Notes under the pieces: model-generated
What the model was told of the DNA's origin: nothing
What the model saw: the letters and a program-made list of their open reading frames with translations, nothing else
Databases searched by the model: none
Position numbers and translations under genes: made by a program
Assembly: GCA_963731735.1 (NCBI GenBank)
Contig: CAVSWO010000002.1
Span: 756,257-820,256 of the forward strand
Direction: 5' to 3'
DNA: 64,000 nucleotides
From: Candidatus Kerfeldbacteria bacterium
Lineage (GTDB): Bacteria > Patescibacteriota > Patescibacteriia > SBBC01 > CAIJZX01
Shown here: one piece after another, positions 9,093-20,490 of the stretch
How the letters are laid out: every line of letters begins with the position of its first letter
Position numbering within the stretch: the first letter of the stretch is position 1

Positions 9093-9903
9093 CTAAAACC
9101 TCAGAAGCCTGCCCCGGCTCGTGAGCCGGGGAAACCCGAAGTCAAGAGATATCTTGAAGAACGGGGATGTCAGCGGTATGGCAAAAAAAACTACCCGAGG
9201 GGAGGGTAGTTTAGGGTTGGTGGAGGAAGCAGATCTCAATCTGCTGGAATTCCGGGAGGCATCCGATGCGTTGGAGCCAGCCAATGACTTGAGCTTCCGG
9301 TAGAAGTGACTTGCCTGGCGACCGAATTGGCGGCGGAGTTGCGTCCCCCCGGCAATTACCAGCGGCAAACCCTGGGCTTCGGGCAGCGCCTGTTGGTGCA
9401 ACCAGCGCAAGGCTTGGAAAGTCAGCGGACAGGGGTGGGACAACCGAATACGCCGTCGTGGCTTGATTTGATTCGCCAGGGCTTGCGCCTTGGCAATGAC
9501 GCCGGGATCGTCGATCAGCGCCAAGGTTGGTTTCAGACGAGGAGCCGTATCTTCCGGATGCGGTTTGATCACCACCGATGCGCCGGACTGCCGACGCCAG
9601 GCCTCGGCCAAATCCTGGATTGCCTGCAACGGGGTGGAGCCGGGTTGGATCAGGATCTCCGCCGACTGGCAAGAATTTTTGCCATGCCGAGCGACACTGC
9701 GAATACCGAACGGTGTCGGCCACAGGGTCAGGTCGAGCGTGTATTGTCGGTGGACCGTGACCGGAATTTGACACCAATATCCCATGATACCGGGTTGCCG
9801 TTCGGTCCAATCCAAGAAGGGACGAAAATACGGTTGCGGCGGGATGGGAACATCGAGTTCCCGAAAAACGTTTCGGAGCGCAGTTTACCCGCGGGAGCCA
9901 CAT
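9093..9903 (-). CDS. hypothetical protein, probably frameshifted
   Basis: GGAGG RBS before ATG 9903; overlapping long ORFs in different frames. Confidence 0.35.
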
Positions 9904-10473
9904 GATGGTTCCTCCATGAACGGGGGTGGAAAGGGCAGAAACAGGATTGTTCCCAGGCTAGCACGATCACCGGGATTAGGCGAGATCCTATTGACGGGGG
10001 AGTATGCTCGCGATAAAATTTGTATATAAGAAAGCCGTCGCAATAAATAGCGCCGTCGCATAAAAAGAAAAATACACTCCCCGTTCTTCGAAAAGTATCG
10101 GAAATATTTACGAAAACGGTTTTCTTTCAGCAGCGCCGTCGCTTGAGAGCGCCGTCGCAAAAAATGTAGATAACTCAAGATTCTTTCCCAAATATGTATA
10201 TATCCAAAGATTCTCCGGTCCCGAATTCGGATTGGGACGTGCTCATTCCATAACCGGGAAGGCGGTTAGCCCTTCCCACCTCCTCGCCGCGCGGCGTTCT
10301 TACCAAGTCAAACGCCAAGCCACCAAAGTTTGTCTATCCCGCGTCGGTGAGGAGATGGGAGGGAAAAAAGCACATTACAAGTTGAGAGGAGGTGAAGTTG
10401 ACGAGTCTGGTTGGTGCTAACCTTTTCAGTTTCTCACGAGGTGTCAAATGACGCCGAAACAAAGGAGTCCGCC

Positions 10474-11235
10474 GTGAAAAAGTGGTGTTTGATTCTTCCG
10501 CTGTTGATTGTGCTGGTAACGAGTTGTGCGAAACAGCAGTCGCATCTTGTGCAACCCGATGTTGCGGAGTTGCGCGGGCAACTCTACGGCTATTTGGAAA
10601 TTCCTCGCGCTGACTGGCCTGTCGAAAAGCGACCGGAGGTACTCGGATACCTTGGCAAGCATCAACTGCCGATTGGATATACGACGATCTCCCTTTCGGC
10701 CGACAGCCTGACCTACACTTTGCAGCGTACACTGCCGACCGACAGTCTGGAATTGACGGTAGGTGGCCAACCAGCGGAACTCCAAGCCGATGGATCGTTC
10801 ATCGTACATAATGTGCCACTCGGCACACAAACGGTGATATTTTCCTATCGGGGGTTACCGGTCAGGACGCAGTCTGTCGAAATCGTCGCGGGGCAACACA
10901 AACTGGAGCTGCAAATCCAGCGAGTGGTTGATACTTGCTGTGAGATGACTTCACAGCATCCAACCGCAAATCAGTCGACTACTTCGATTCCGTGCCTCGA
11001 CAACAACGGATTCGGCCCGAGTAATTTCATCTACAGCGACTGTTACGTCAGCCTGTTGTACGGTCCTCCGTGGTACAGCTGGATGTGCTGGTCAGAAGCT
11101 ATGGATCGCTTCCATGACCACTACGGAAATATCTGGTGCAACGGAAGTCACAATTGCTCGCTCTGGGTTCACGGATGGGACTGGAACAAGCAATACTGGC
11201 ATCGCCATTCCTGGCCATGGGCACCGCGCTGGTAA
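10474..11235 (+). CDS. putative lipoprotein with Cys/Trp-rich C-terminal domain
   Basis: AGGAG RBS and GTG start; lipobox LVTSC; beta-sandwich-like middle; Cys/Trp/His-rich tail. Confidence 0.65.
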   Translation: MKKWCLILPLLIVLVTSCAKQQSHLVQPDVAELRGQLYGYLEIPRADWPVEKRPEVLGYLGKHQLPIGYTTISLSADSLTYTLQRTLPTDSLELTVGGQPAELQADGSFIVHNVPLGTQTVIFSYRGLPVRTQSVEIVAGQHKLELQIQRVVDTCCEMTSQHPTANQSTTSIPCLDNNGFGPSNFIYSDCYVSLLYGPPWYSWMCWSEAMDRFHDHYGNIWCNGSHNCSLWVHGWDWNKQYWHRHSWPWAPRW

Positions 11236-11349
11236 TACAACAACGGGCCGTGAACCCGATTTTCCCCGAGCCTTCGGTCACGGACGAGGGCTCCCATTTT
11301 CTGTAGAATACTTTATACTTTATCCCAACACTTTCATTTGTACTACATT

Positions 11350-11589
11350 ATGAATGTTTCATCGAAAACTCGTTGGATGACTTCGCTGCTCGGGTATGTT
11401 GCCGGGATTATCGTGATTGGACCATTTCTTTCATTCCTGGGGGCGGCAATGGTGTATTGGTCACTTGGCCAACCATGGTTGCGTTCGCGACGCCCCTGGC
11501 CTTCAATCGCTCTCATTCTTATAACTATGCTCACGATCGAGTTCATCTTCGTTCTATTTCTGGGACGATTAGTCCAAAACTCGATGTAA
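11350..11589 (+). CDS. small membrane protein
   Basis: Two hydrophobic segments. Confidence 0.45.
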   Translation: MNVSSKTRWMTSLLGYVAGIIVIGPFLSFLGAAMVYWSLGQPWLRSRRPWPSIALILITMLTIEFIFVLFLGRLVQNSM

Positions 11590-11631
11590 CCAGCGATTCA
11601 TGATCTTCTAAAAAGTTTTATACTCGTAAGC

Positions 11632-11892
11632 ATGAAACGAAATATTTTGCTCACTACCGGTATCTACCTTACAATTGCTGCGGTATCACAAATCGTGTGG
11701 TGCAGTAGTTTTGCATCAAGTCTGTCGGCAGCAGCATGTATCCAAGAAACTATTGGTTACAGCCTGTTATGGCCAATTTTTCTTGTCCTCCGAGCGGGCA
11801 GCAATGCCTACACCTTGGTTGCACTAATCATTCTCCTGGGCGGAGTAGGATGGATATCTTTTACTCGAAAGCAGAGGAGAGAAAATATGTAA
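11632..11892 (+). CDS. small membrane protein
   Basis: Hydrophobic segments and basic C-terminal tail. Confidence 0.5.
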   Translation: MKRNILLTTGIYLTIAAVSQIVWCSSFASSLSAAACIQETIGYSLLWPIFLVLRAGSNAYTLVALIILLGGVGWISFTRKQRRENM

Positions 11893-11906
11893 TTCGATTC
11901 CAGAGT

Positions 11907-12428
11907 ATGAATTTTACAGACACAGCTCTCTCACTACTCAAACCGGGCGACGCCGTGCTAGACCTTGGAGCTGGAGCTGGATCATTTGCGGCCGAATGTG
12001 TTGACCGTCAAGCAAACGTTACGGCAGTCGATCGACGCCAACCAGTCGAACAACATCCCGATATTGACTGGCGCATAATGGATGTTCGCGGTTTTATTGA
12101 GGGTCTGAAAGACACCGACATGTATCGCCTTATCCACTCCCGTAATTTGATTCAATTTCTCGATATGGATTGGTCGAAGCGCGTACTTTTTCCAACCCTA
12201 CAAAAACACCTGCTTCCCGGTGGCATGATTGGCATCCAGACGTTTTACCAGGATCCGGAACCGACATTTGAGCGACCCATCTCTTCGCGCTATACCGCAG
12301 CTGATCTTGAGGTGCTCTTGCAACCGATGGAAGTGATTGATGCAAAAATGTTTCGTCACGCTGGTCCGGACATGCGGGGAGTACCGCGGATATTTTTCAT
12401 TACCACCATCATCGCCCGCAAACCTTGA
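11907..12428 (+). CDS. class I SAM-dependent methyltransferase
   Basis: VLDLGAGAG motif I, VTAVD, LLPGG. Confidence 0.85.
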   Translation: MNFTDTALSLLKPGDAVLDLGAGAGSFAAECVDRQANVTAVDRRQPVEQHPDIDWRIMDVRGFIEGLKDTDMYRLIHSRNLIQFLDMDWSKRVLFPTLQKHLLPGGMIGIQTFYQDPEPTFERPISSRYTAADLEVLLQPMEVIDAKMFRHAGPDMRGVPRIFFITTIIARKP

Positions 12429-12599
12429 CGCCATCGCCAAAGGGCGTATACTAAAAACATTAACGGTGGCTTGGCAACGAGTGACCGCGTTTTGTATGCG
12501 CGTAGGCGATTGTCGGTGGCCAATCGCGTAGGCAGATGCATGGCAATGGCACCAACGCACCAGAAGTATGGTTTGTGTTGGCATGAAAGGAACTGAGGT

Positions 12600-13007
12600 A
12601 TGGACCTCAACAAAGTTACCCTGATCGGGAACATGGTTCGGGAGCCGGAAGGTCGCCGGTTGCCCTCGGGCCAGCAAATTACCAAGTTTAGCCTGGCGAC
12701 CAATTATGCCTGGCAGGACGCCAAGACCAAGGCCAAAAAGGAAGCGGTCGACTTCCACGACGTGATTGCCTGGGGCAAACTCGGCGAGATTGTCCAGCAG
12801 TACGTCAAGAAAGGCAGCAAGATTTACGTGGAAGGTCGCCTGCGGAATCGCAAATATACGACCAAGGACGGCCAAAAGCGGACCGCCAAGGAAATTGTGG
12901 CGGATAACATGATCATGCTTGGTCACCGCTCAACCAAGACCGGCGACCCGGTTAACCGCAAGTTGGTCAAGGAGGATGTCGATGTGGAGGACGTCAGCGA
13001 AGAATAA
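12600..13007 (+). CDS. ssb: single-stranded DNA-binding protein (lacks the DDIPF tail)
   Basis: MDLNKVTLIGN, FSLATN, YVKKGSKIYVEGRL. Confidence 0.92.
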   Translation: MDLNKVTLIGNMVREPEGRRLPSGQQITKFSLATNYAWQDAKTKAKKEAVDFHDVIAWGKLGEIVQQYVKKGSKIYVEGRLRNRKYTTKDGQKRTAKEIVADNMIMLGHRSTKTGDPVNRKLVKEDVDVEDVSEE

Positions 13008-13014
13008 CCTCCCC

Positions 13015-13145
13015 GTGTATCCCTGAGCCCCGGCGTAGCCGGGCGTGCGAAGGGTCTCTCCCGGGAACAAGGCTGTTCTGGTTCTGAGATCCTTCGCTCC
13101 GCCCGCCTTCGCTAAAGCTACGGCGGACTACGCTCAGGAATACAC
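13015..13145. repeat. REPIN-like inverted pair, same family as 8.1-8.7 kb
   Basis: GTGTATCCCTGAG..GAAGGGTCTC ... GAGATCCTTCG..CCGCCTTCGCTAAAGCTACGGCGG..TCAGGAATACAC. Confidence 0.75.
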
Positions 13146-13385
13146 CTCGTTCCGCACCGGCGAAGCAAAGCCACGACTGGTGCGGGGCTGCCCCCTCTCC
13201 ACTGTGCCGGATTTGCTGGGCATGCTCTCCTCAATCATTGAAGGGAGTTACCAAAGTTTGTCTATCAGCTCAGCCGATCCACGGGCAGTGGGGAGAGGGG
13301 AGAAATAAGTATTTAGAATGGTGCTATAATTTACTGGGTAATGTTCTAGCCACGATACTATACTATAGTTACATACCAATATATT

Positions 13386-13925
13386 ATGATGAATCAAAAT
13401 GGATCTTGGAGGGAGAAGTCTCGCGAGCTTTATTTTCAAAAGTATTCGCGGAAAATTGAAAAGGTTGAGTACGAGCTTCCGGATGGATCGGTAACGGATT
13501 TCTATATTAAACGCGAGGGACCCGCTGCTTGCGTAGTCGCATTAACCCCCAAGAATGAAGTAATTTTGTTCGAGCAATTTCGTCCAGGCCCGAATAAAGT
13601 TCTTAAGGAATTACCTGGCGGCTATATCGAAAAAGACGAAGATCCGATTGCGGGCATGCAACGAGAGCTGCTTGAAGAAATAGGATATTCGGGCCGGGTA
13701 CAATTTGTTACCACATGTTCTGATGATGCTTACTCAACGATGGTTCGTCACTGTTATGTCGCTACGGACTGTATAAAGGCATCCGAACCAAAATCGGACC
13801 CAAAAGAAACAGGAAAGATGATATTGATGCCACTTGAAAAGTTCCGCAATTTACTTCGGTCCGGTGAAATGACTGATGTGGAGGTCGGATATCTGGGACT
13901 CGATTTTCTACATAAGCTAGCGTAG
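13386..13925 (+). CDS. NUDIX hydrolase (ADP-ribose pyrophosphatase-like)
   Basis: ELPGGYIEKDED...GMQRELLEEIG Nudix box; EQFRPG. Confidence 0.88.
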   Translation: MMNQNGSWREKSRELYFQKYSRKIEKVEYELPDGSVTDFYIKREGPAACVVALTPKNEVILFEQFRPGPNKVLKELPGGYIEKDEDPIAGMQRELLEEIGYSGRVQFVTTCSDDAYSTMVRHCYVATDCIKASEPKSDPKETGKMILMPLEKFRNLLRSGEMTDVEVGYLGLDFLHKLA

Positions 13926-14285
13926 GACGCCAGCATAGTAGTGTCTTAAATAAAGAATATATATTGAATTATTTGCGCCGTCGCGACGGCGCGGTTTTCT
14001 GTAGACAACTTGGCATTGACGACGTCTGCATAAGGCGTAGACTGAAATTACAAACCGGTGGCCTGGTTCGGTCGAGTTCTCTCGACGGAGTTGAGCCATC
14101 GTTTTTTGTTCATCCGATACTTCGGTATCGGCTGTCCCAAATCTGGTGAGGATCGATGGCTCATCGATTGGCTTGGGCGATCTTTACAACCAAGGAGGTG
14201 ATCAAACCCACGTATTGGCAGTGTCCATTGGCCGCGTACGAAAAACGTGAGGTGTCCGATGACGCCGAAAACCAGGAGTCCTACA

Positions 14286-15090
14286 ATGAAGAAGCTGCAA
14301 GGGCTGTTTCCGATGATGGTCGTGCTGTTGGCAGGGATGCTGCTATCCCTGACGGGGTGTGGTGAACACGGACATTCGGTCGTCGGACCGGAAGTTCAGC
14401 AATCGGCTACGCCGGCACCGGATTCGGTCGGTGGTATCGATCGGCCGGGGGTGGGGCCGGAGAAAGGCTGGCCAGCGACCCTCGAACTGCGTTGATTCGC
14501 GAGGGTTACTATAGCGTCGATCGCCATTACGACGGTCGCTATACGCAGACGTACCGAGGGAATGCGACCGGCATTGGTCGATGTTGACGGTACGATCCCA
14601 ATGGTATAGTTGATCAGGTCCTGGTATAGGGACACTATGCTCGGATCTGGAACGGCAGATGGCCGAGCGACTTATTTTTCAATATCAACGGTATTCCCGT
14701 AGCAACCTGAATCGGTTCGTGCGTCGGTGCACAACCGACGTGACTTAGCGGACGGGGGTCATGGTGTGCATCTCGCGAGGTCAATCTACCTCACATTCCG
14801 GTCGGCCACTTTTCGGCACAACGCGCATATGAACGCGCGTGGGGTTACGGGATCAATCCAAATTTCCGGGTGATGTGATCGAAACGACCTGGAAGCAATG
14901 GACTTACGGCCTTAGTCGTGGCCGTATGTCAGGGGTACCTCGGATGGTATGAAAGCGTTCAACCATGTCGCGGGATGCGACACGAATGGATCGGCGACAA
15001 GCATCGCATGCCCACCATAAATTGAATACCGGGGTGGCTATAGGATCTGGAAGCTACCCGCTTGGACAACCTCGAAGTGTTACCGCATAA
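14286..15090 (+). pseudogene. fragmented putative lipoprotein
   Basis: AGGAG RBS and lipobox LTGC; frame stops at 14495 while coding-like sequence continues; 3' end approximate. Confidence 0.4.
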
Positions 15091-15757
15091 ACCGTGTGAA
15101 GGGGGGAAAAGCATCTGTAGTACCCTTCTCTTTTTTATCCCAACGAGTACAATAATTTATTAGCCATCGCAAATGACATATAGAATAAATAAGTTTCATT
15201 TTCTAGCTTTGTCATGTGGTCTGGCGCTTATTTTTCAGGCATTGTCATCATCAGGATCTGCGAACATAATCAGACGGCTCAAAAACAGTCGAATTCAATC
15301 AATTGGCTGGCGTTTTACCGGTTATCAATACCGGTAACAAGTTAAACGCCAAGCCTTTGGACAACCTGATACAACCTGGTGCGACTTATCGGATAAAAAA
15401 TTTTGAAATTATGAATCCAATCATACAGATTTGTCGTCGAGAACGTTCCAACTATTTCCATTAGCATCCCAATAAAAAACATTGACCAAGCGAACACCCT
15501 ACTAACGAAATCGAGCCATATGCGATTGCCTTGCAATTACGCAAGTAACTCTTCAAGGGAAGTCAGTGTGATCGTCGTCATCTTATCAAGTCAAAGCCAA
15601 ATTCCCGGCAACAGCGCTGTTTCGAGGATGCGATTCGAGAAGTTATCCACTCGAATATTCAAATCAGTCCGTTATCCTCAGTATATATTAACCCGGCGAT
15701 GTGAATCTGTGATATCCTGGAGAAGCCATTATAAATACTATCATTTGGGGACAGCGT

Positions 15758-16999
15758 ATGAAATGGAACCTCACTATCGTCCTGATTTCCGCCACGCTGG
15801 TTGGATTACTTTGGTTTACCTTTCACGATGCAAATACACCAGCGGGTTCTCAAGAACCAACCGTCTATTACACTAAGGGTCTGATTCAACAATTTGATGG
15901 AACGCCACGCGGATCGTACGAGCTGTACAGAATTCGCGGATTTGATGGCCAACCTGAAATCGTAACCAGCGACCCTGGTAACTCATACCTTCCGCCCCCG
16001 TTGATCCGCCCCAAATATGTAGCCACACGTCCCCACAATTACCCGTACGGATCCGGCCAGGCGATTGATTTTCCATCCTTAACCATTGGCCTGAATGCCG
16101 ATGGAGAACGGCAGGTGACGAATCCTCCGGACATTCCAAACACCGTATACCCGGGTGATGCGATTCTTAGTCCCGATGATCGTTTCTTTGCACAGTCGGC
16201 TGCCGTTTGTACGGAAGTAACCCTGGATGAACCCTGTCCAACAGCCAGCGTGTTGGATATCTATGATTATCAAACGGGGAATATCTGGCATTTTAATCCG
16301 GACCAAGGCGGAGCATTTCGAAGGGATGTTGCCACACCTTTTCCTTCTAGATGACCATGAACTGCTGGTTGACCTTGAAGGTTTACAGGAACGATCACAC
16401 AATATTACGCCATTGTTGATCTCAACACTGGAAAAATGCATTTCGTGTACGATAACGAGCAGAGCATCATAAATTATCAAATGTTGAATGTTATTGATGA
16501 TAACACCATCCTTGCTCTTCGCTGGCCGTTTGCGAGCGAAAATGCATCCGATGCCTTGGTGAAGTTTAATTTTATTCAGAGGAAAGACGTGGTGATTTTG
16601 GAATTTCCAGAAGCAGCTTGTCCGGAATTGAATTTTCCGATTACACAAATGGGGTATTTCTTCTCACCAGATTACAAAGGCCTGGATTACCGCAACATAC
16701 CCACAAACACTAATCGAGTGCTGGCTCAAACCGGAGAAGTCCGGGCACTTTCCGCTGACGGGAACTACGTGGTGACTTTTGAAGCCTACACCGATACCGC
16801 CGGGTACGGTTCCGGACGGCTGGTGCTTTGGGATACCGTTCAACACCGTTCACGGGTTATATATGACCAGAAATTTGGTAGCGGCAATTCGGGTCCCGTT
16901 AATGCCGACCCAAACCCACCCCTTCAAGTTGGGGATAGTATCTACGGTTTCGTCGGAATGGACATGAATGGCATTCCGGTATTCATGCCCGCCTACTAG
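15758..16999 (+). CDS. membrane-anchored extracellular beta-propeller-like protein (frameshift near 16330)
   Basis: N-terminal TM; LSPDDR, FSPD and LSADG repeats across two consecutive ORFs. Confidence 0.5.
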
Positions 17000-17312
17000 G
17001 CAATCAGAAGAAAAGTTGCGATTTAACCCAACAACCGCCATGATCAAACCAATATTACGAGAAATCTATATAACACATTGGATTAGAGCCTACCGGACAG
17101 TATAATCCAGCTGTACACTTTCTTGATTTGACATTTAGATAGTACTGATTTATAGTCAGTTTAGACAAGTCGGTGGCTTTATTCAGGAGTGCCTCTTAGC
17201 GCTCCGGGAGTGAGTTGCCGGTTTTTCGTATCCGCGCGACTTTGGCGGATTAGTAATTGCGGCCAGGAGCATCCTGGTTGTCTAGAGTTCTTTGACAGCA
17301 GGAGGGGGTTCC

Positions 17313-17687
17313 ATGAAAAACGCATCGGTCGTACACGTGGTGACCAGCGAACTCGAGCGGTTCCTGGTCGTGGCAGAGCAGTACCATCGGGAGACCGGTC
17401 AGCAGGCGGTCATGCCAGCTTGTCCGGTCGATTCCGAATGGCATCGGCTGATCGGACTGCCCGATGAGTATCAGGCGCTTTGTTTGCGTGCCGTCAATCG
17501 AGACGTAAAGCACCTGCCGATGAAGGGTACGGGTGAGATCGCCTGGACTCCGGTTTACGAGCAACTGTTCGGTCGACTGCCTGAGGTCTGGTTTCAGGGC
17601 CCGGATGGCACACTCAACGAAGCAAGCTGGCTCCGGTACCTCCAAACCGGAAGGTTCTACGCGTCCTGGGACTGCGTCCCGAATTAA
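17313..17687 (+). CDS. GRDP/DUF1399-like domain protein
   Basis: P...VDSEWH..I.....Y...C.......H.P..........YEQLFG..P.VW pattern; strong RBS. Confidence 0.5.
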   Translation: MKNASVVHVVTSELERFLVVAEQYHRETGQQAVMPACPVDSEWHRLIGLPDEYQALCLRAVNRDVKHLPMKGTGEIAWTPVYEQLFGRLPEVWFQGPDGTLNEASWLRYLQTGRFYASWDCVPN

Positions 17688-17760
17688 AACTCACTGGTGG
17701 GACTGATCATGTTAAATCCTGTTTCAGTCCCACCCAACTTTTCAATAAGGGTGAATCCCT

Positions 17761-18519
17761 ATGAATAATGACAAGTTGCTTGATTTCGGTGTCACAGCCT
17801 ATCGGAATCTTAACGTGCCGGTAGTTCCTGGGTTGTCTGAGTATCTCGACGCGGTTTCGGCGTCCTTCTGTCCCTACATCCGCCCATCAGCTAGGCGTGA
17901 GCAGATAACATTTACCGTTGTCGAATCGTCGCTCACGACGCAGGCCCAGGCGGAAGCACTGGTATTTGCGAGCGGGTTACTCTTAACTGAGCTGTTACGG
18001 CAGAACCGTCGCTCGGTGATAGGGTCAGGACAACGCAGTCTGTTTTGCGAGAACATCATTTTCTCCCTCCCGAACTTGGGCAATGCATTCGGAAAACCGA
18101 TGCTGGCGTGGCCGCACTGGGTCTTGAAGAGCCGCTATACACAGGTCGGTGTGCTATTCGGGAAGTTCTGGAAAGGCGCGATCGAGCATGGGAAAGATGG
18201 CCGACCACTGCCGGTTCCACCATGTCACCTTCTGTCGATCCGTGAAAGCGTTTTGAAGCAGGATCCAAAGTTCTTCGAACAGGCGTCTTGGTTGCGGCCC
18301 GAATTCGAGGCATCGGAAGATTCGGGTCAGGACGTCTTCCACCTTAAGAAAATGAATCTGCAGTTAGCTACTCAGATCGAAGCCTTTTGCCGGTCGTCTG
18401 ATTCATTGTCCTTTCAGCAATTGCTGCGTATACTCATAATGAGTAATATCTACGATCAGCTCAAAGCAAACGCAACCACTGAACTCGAGACTCGTAAAGC
18501 TTTATTAAGAAAAGGATAA
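17761..18519 (+). CDS. hypothetical protein with an FCPY motif
   Basis: 252-aa ORF translationally adjacent to the kinase. Confidence 0.6.
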   Translation: MNNDKLLDFGVTAYRNLNVPVVPGLSEYLDAVSASFCPYIRPSARREQITFTVVESSLTTQAQAEALVFASGLLLTELLRQNRRSVIGSGQRSLFCENIIFSLPNLGNAFGKPMLAWPHWVLKSRYTQVGVLFGKFWKGAIEHGKDGRPLPVPPCHLLSIRESVLKQDPKFFEQASWLRPEFEASEDSGQDVFHLKKMNLQLATQIEAFCRSSDSLSFQQLLRILIMSNIYDQLKANATTELETRKALLRKG

Positions 18520-18525
18520 CGTCGA

Positions 18526-19404
18526 ATGAATCTACCAACATCAGTAACTCGGCTGCTCAATGTGTTGCAGCTTGAATACAAGGAAACCGTCGCCGCACGA
18601 CGTGGTAGCCTTGTACTTACTGTGATGCAATCCGGCCAGCGGTGTGTTCTCAAGATTCACATGGAGGATGGCGACCCCTTGTCTGTAGGTAAGGCCGAGT
18701 TGCTGCAGCATGAGGCTACTATACTGGCGCAGATCCCTCATCTTACACGCCAGCTGTATCGGGCTCACGGTACGACAGATGGAATGTACTGGCTATTGAC
18801 GCGTCAGGTTCAAGGGCCTGAGGCGCGCCTTGCTGTTCGTGAAATTCTACATGATCACAACACCAATGATGCACGGAAACACCTGTTGGGAATTCTGACG
18901 ATGATCACCGAATTCTATGACCGGTTATATACGAGCGGGTACTTGCATGGTGACGTGCAACCAGCACATACGTTGCTCGAGGGTAATGCTGTGACGGTCA
19001 TTGACTGGGGTCTCGCGCGTCCTGTCGACAAGCAGCATCCGCTTTACCGAGGCGGGTTCGTCTACTATGTCGCCCCGGAAGTGGCCAAGGACATGCAGAC
19101 CAAGGCCAATCCGGTCAAGTACGGTGCGCAGGCTGAAGTCTATGCGCTGGGAACGACGCTCTTTACGATCGTCACCGGCGAGCTGGCGATCGACTTCGGG
19201 GTGCCGAAACAAGAGCTCCGCGCCACCCCAATGCCACTGAAACTCGAACGAGTCATCAGTAACCATATCCGCTCCTTTTCTGATGTAGGGTCTCTCTCGA
19301 TCCCCGAACTCGAAGATGTGCTTATGCGGGCCATGGCTACGGATCCGGCCAGTCGATTTGCGCATCCATCGGAATTCCATCGGCACCTTCAATCGCTGTT
19401 ATAA
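18526..19404 (+). CDS. protein kinase-like domain protein
   Basis: VLK, HGDVQPAH, IDWGLA, YVAPE, EVYALG, P.SRF. Confidence 0.82.
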   Translation: MNLPTSVTRLLNVLQLEYKETVAARRGSLVLTVMQSGQRCVLKIHMEDGDPLSVGKAELLQHEATILAQIPHLTRQLYRAHGTTDGMYWLLTRQVQGPEARLAVREILHDHNTNDARKHLLGILTMITEFYDRLYTSGYLHGDVQPAHTLLEGNAVTVIDWGLARPVDKQHPLYRGGFVYYVAPEVAKDMQTKANPVKYGAQAEVYALGTTLFTIVTGELAIDFGVPKQELRATPMPLKLERVISNHIRSFSDVGSLSIPELEDVLMRAMATDPASRFAHPSEFHRHLQSLL

Positions 19405-19449
19405 CGTCAATGATAAACAGGGGCATCGCGAAGGCAATGCCCCTGATTT

Positions 19450-20172
19450 TTATTCAGCCAGGAAGTTATCCCGGATGACCGATGCAATATCGATCGCAGC
19501 CAGGTCGCACCAATCTGGTGCGGTATCGTACTCGTCATTAGTATGGAGATCGACGAATGATGAATTCCGTAATCCATTTCCCACCAGAACGGTCAGGAAC
19601 CCGCAAGCCTTGGCGGTTCGCAAGCTGGACGGAATATCATCAAACATGCAGATCATTTCAGCCGGTACACCGATACGGAGAATTGTTGCATCGTAGACTT
19701 CCCGATGCGGTTTACGGATAAATCCGTGATCCTCGACCGTAAAAACATCGGTGATGACGTCAGTGTATCCCAGCCGCAACAAGCCCCGGGTAACAAATGA
19801 ACGGTTTGAGTTTGAGAGCACGAATAGAGGAATTCGATGTGCTAACTCTTTGAGCGCTTGGTGCAATCCGTGCTTGGGCGTTATCGTACTGATGTCGAGT
19901 CCGTTGTACAGCTCTTCGTAGAATTCGTTCGGATCGATCCCATAGTCCTCCTGCAGTCCGAGAATGCTCGAGCGGTATTCCTTCCGGTAGTGCTCAAGCA
20001 ACTTACGAATTTCGCGGTCAGGTAGATGCAACCTTTTTCGCGCGCAGTAGCGAAAGCGCTCCTTAATCTGTGCCTCAATGCCGGCGCTGGACGGGTAAAG
20101 CGTACCGTCAAAATCGAGCACGCAGGCCTTGATCGGACGATCGGTTCCTTTTGGGATAACGGTGTTGGGCAT
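19450..20172 (-). CDS. HAD hydrolase (pyrimidine 5'-nucleotidase/SDT1-like)
   Basis: DFDGTLY, SNS, KP, FDD..SL.TAK. Confidence 0.85.
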   Translation of the reverse strand: MPNTVIPKGTDRPIKACVLDFDGTLYPSSAGIEAQIKERFRYCARKRLHLPDREIRKLLEHYRKEYRSSILGLQEDYGIDPNEFYEELYNGLDISTITPKHGLHQALKELAHRIPLFVLSNSNRSFVTRGLLRLGYTDVITDVFTVEDHGFIRKPHREVYDATILRIGVPAEMICMFDDIPSSLRTAKACGFLTVLVGNGLRNSSFVDLHTNDEYDTAPDWCDLAAIDIASVIRDNFLAE

Positions 20173-20490
20173 GGTGTACTCCTCTCCGAAATTAACAAAG
20201 AACGCCGCCGACTGGTTGCCGGGTAGCGTATCGCTTATGCCAATTGCCTAAACCACCTAACCTAAATTTACATCATTTAATGGTACTATGCAAGAAGCGC
20301 CTCGACCCTCAACTATTACCCCCTAAACTAGCCATCCAACCCCAAGTTGCACAATGGGTCGATTTCTGCTATATTCACAGCGTATTTTTTGATACGCCGA
20401 CGTGAATATTTTTACGGCAATCAGTAGCCTGGCTGAGCATCATCGAGTAACCCGCCCCTCCACGAGGAAGGGCGTGATTGTCGTTATTCC

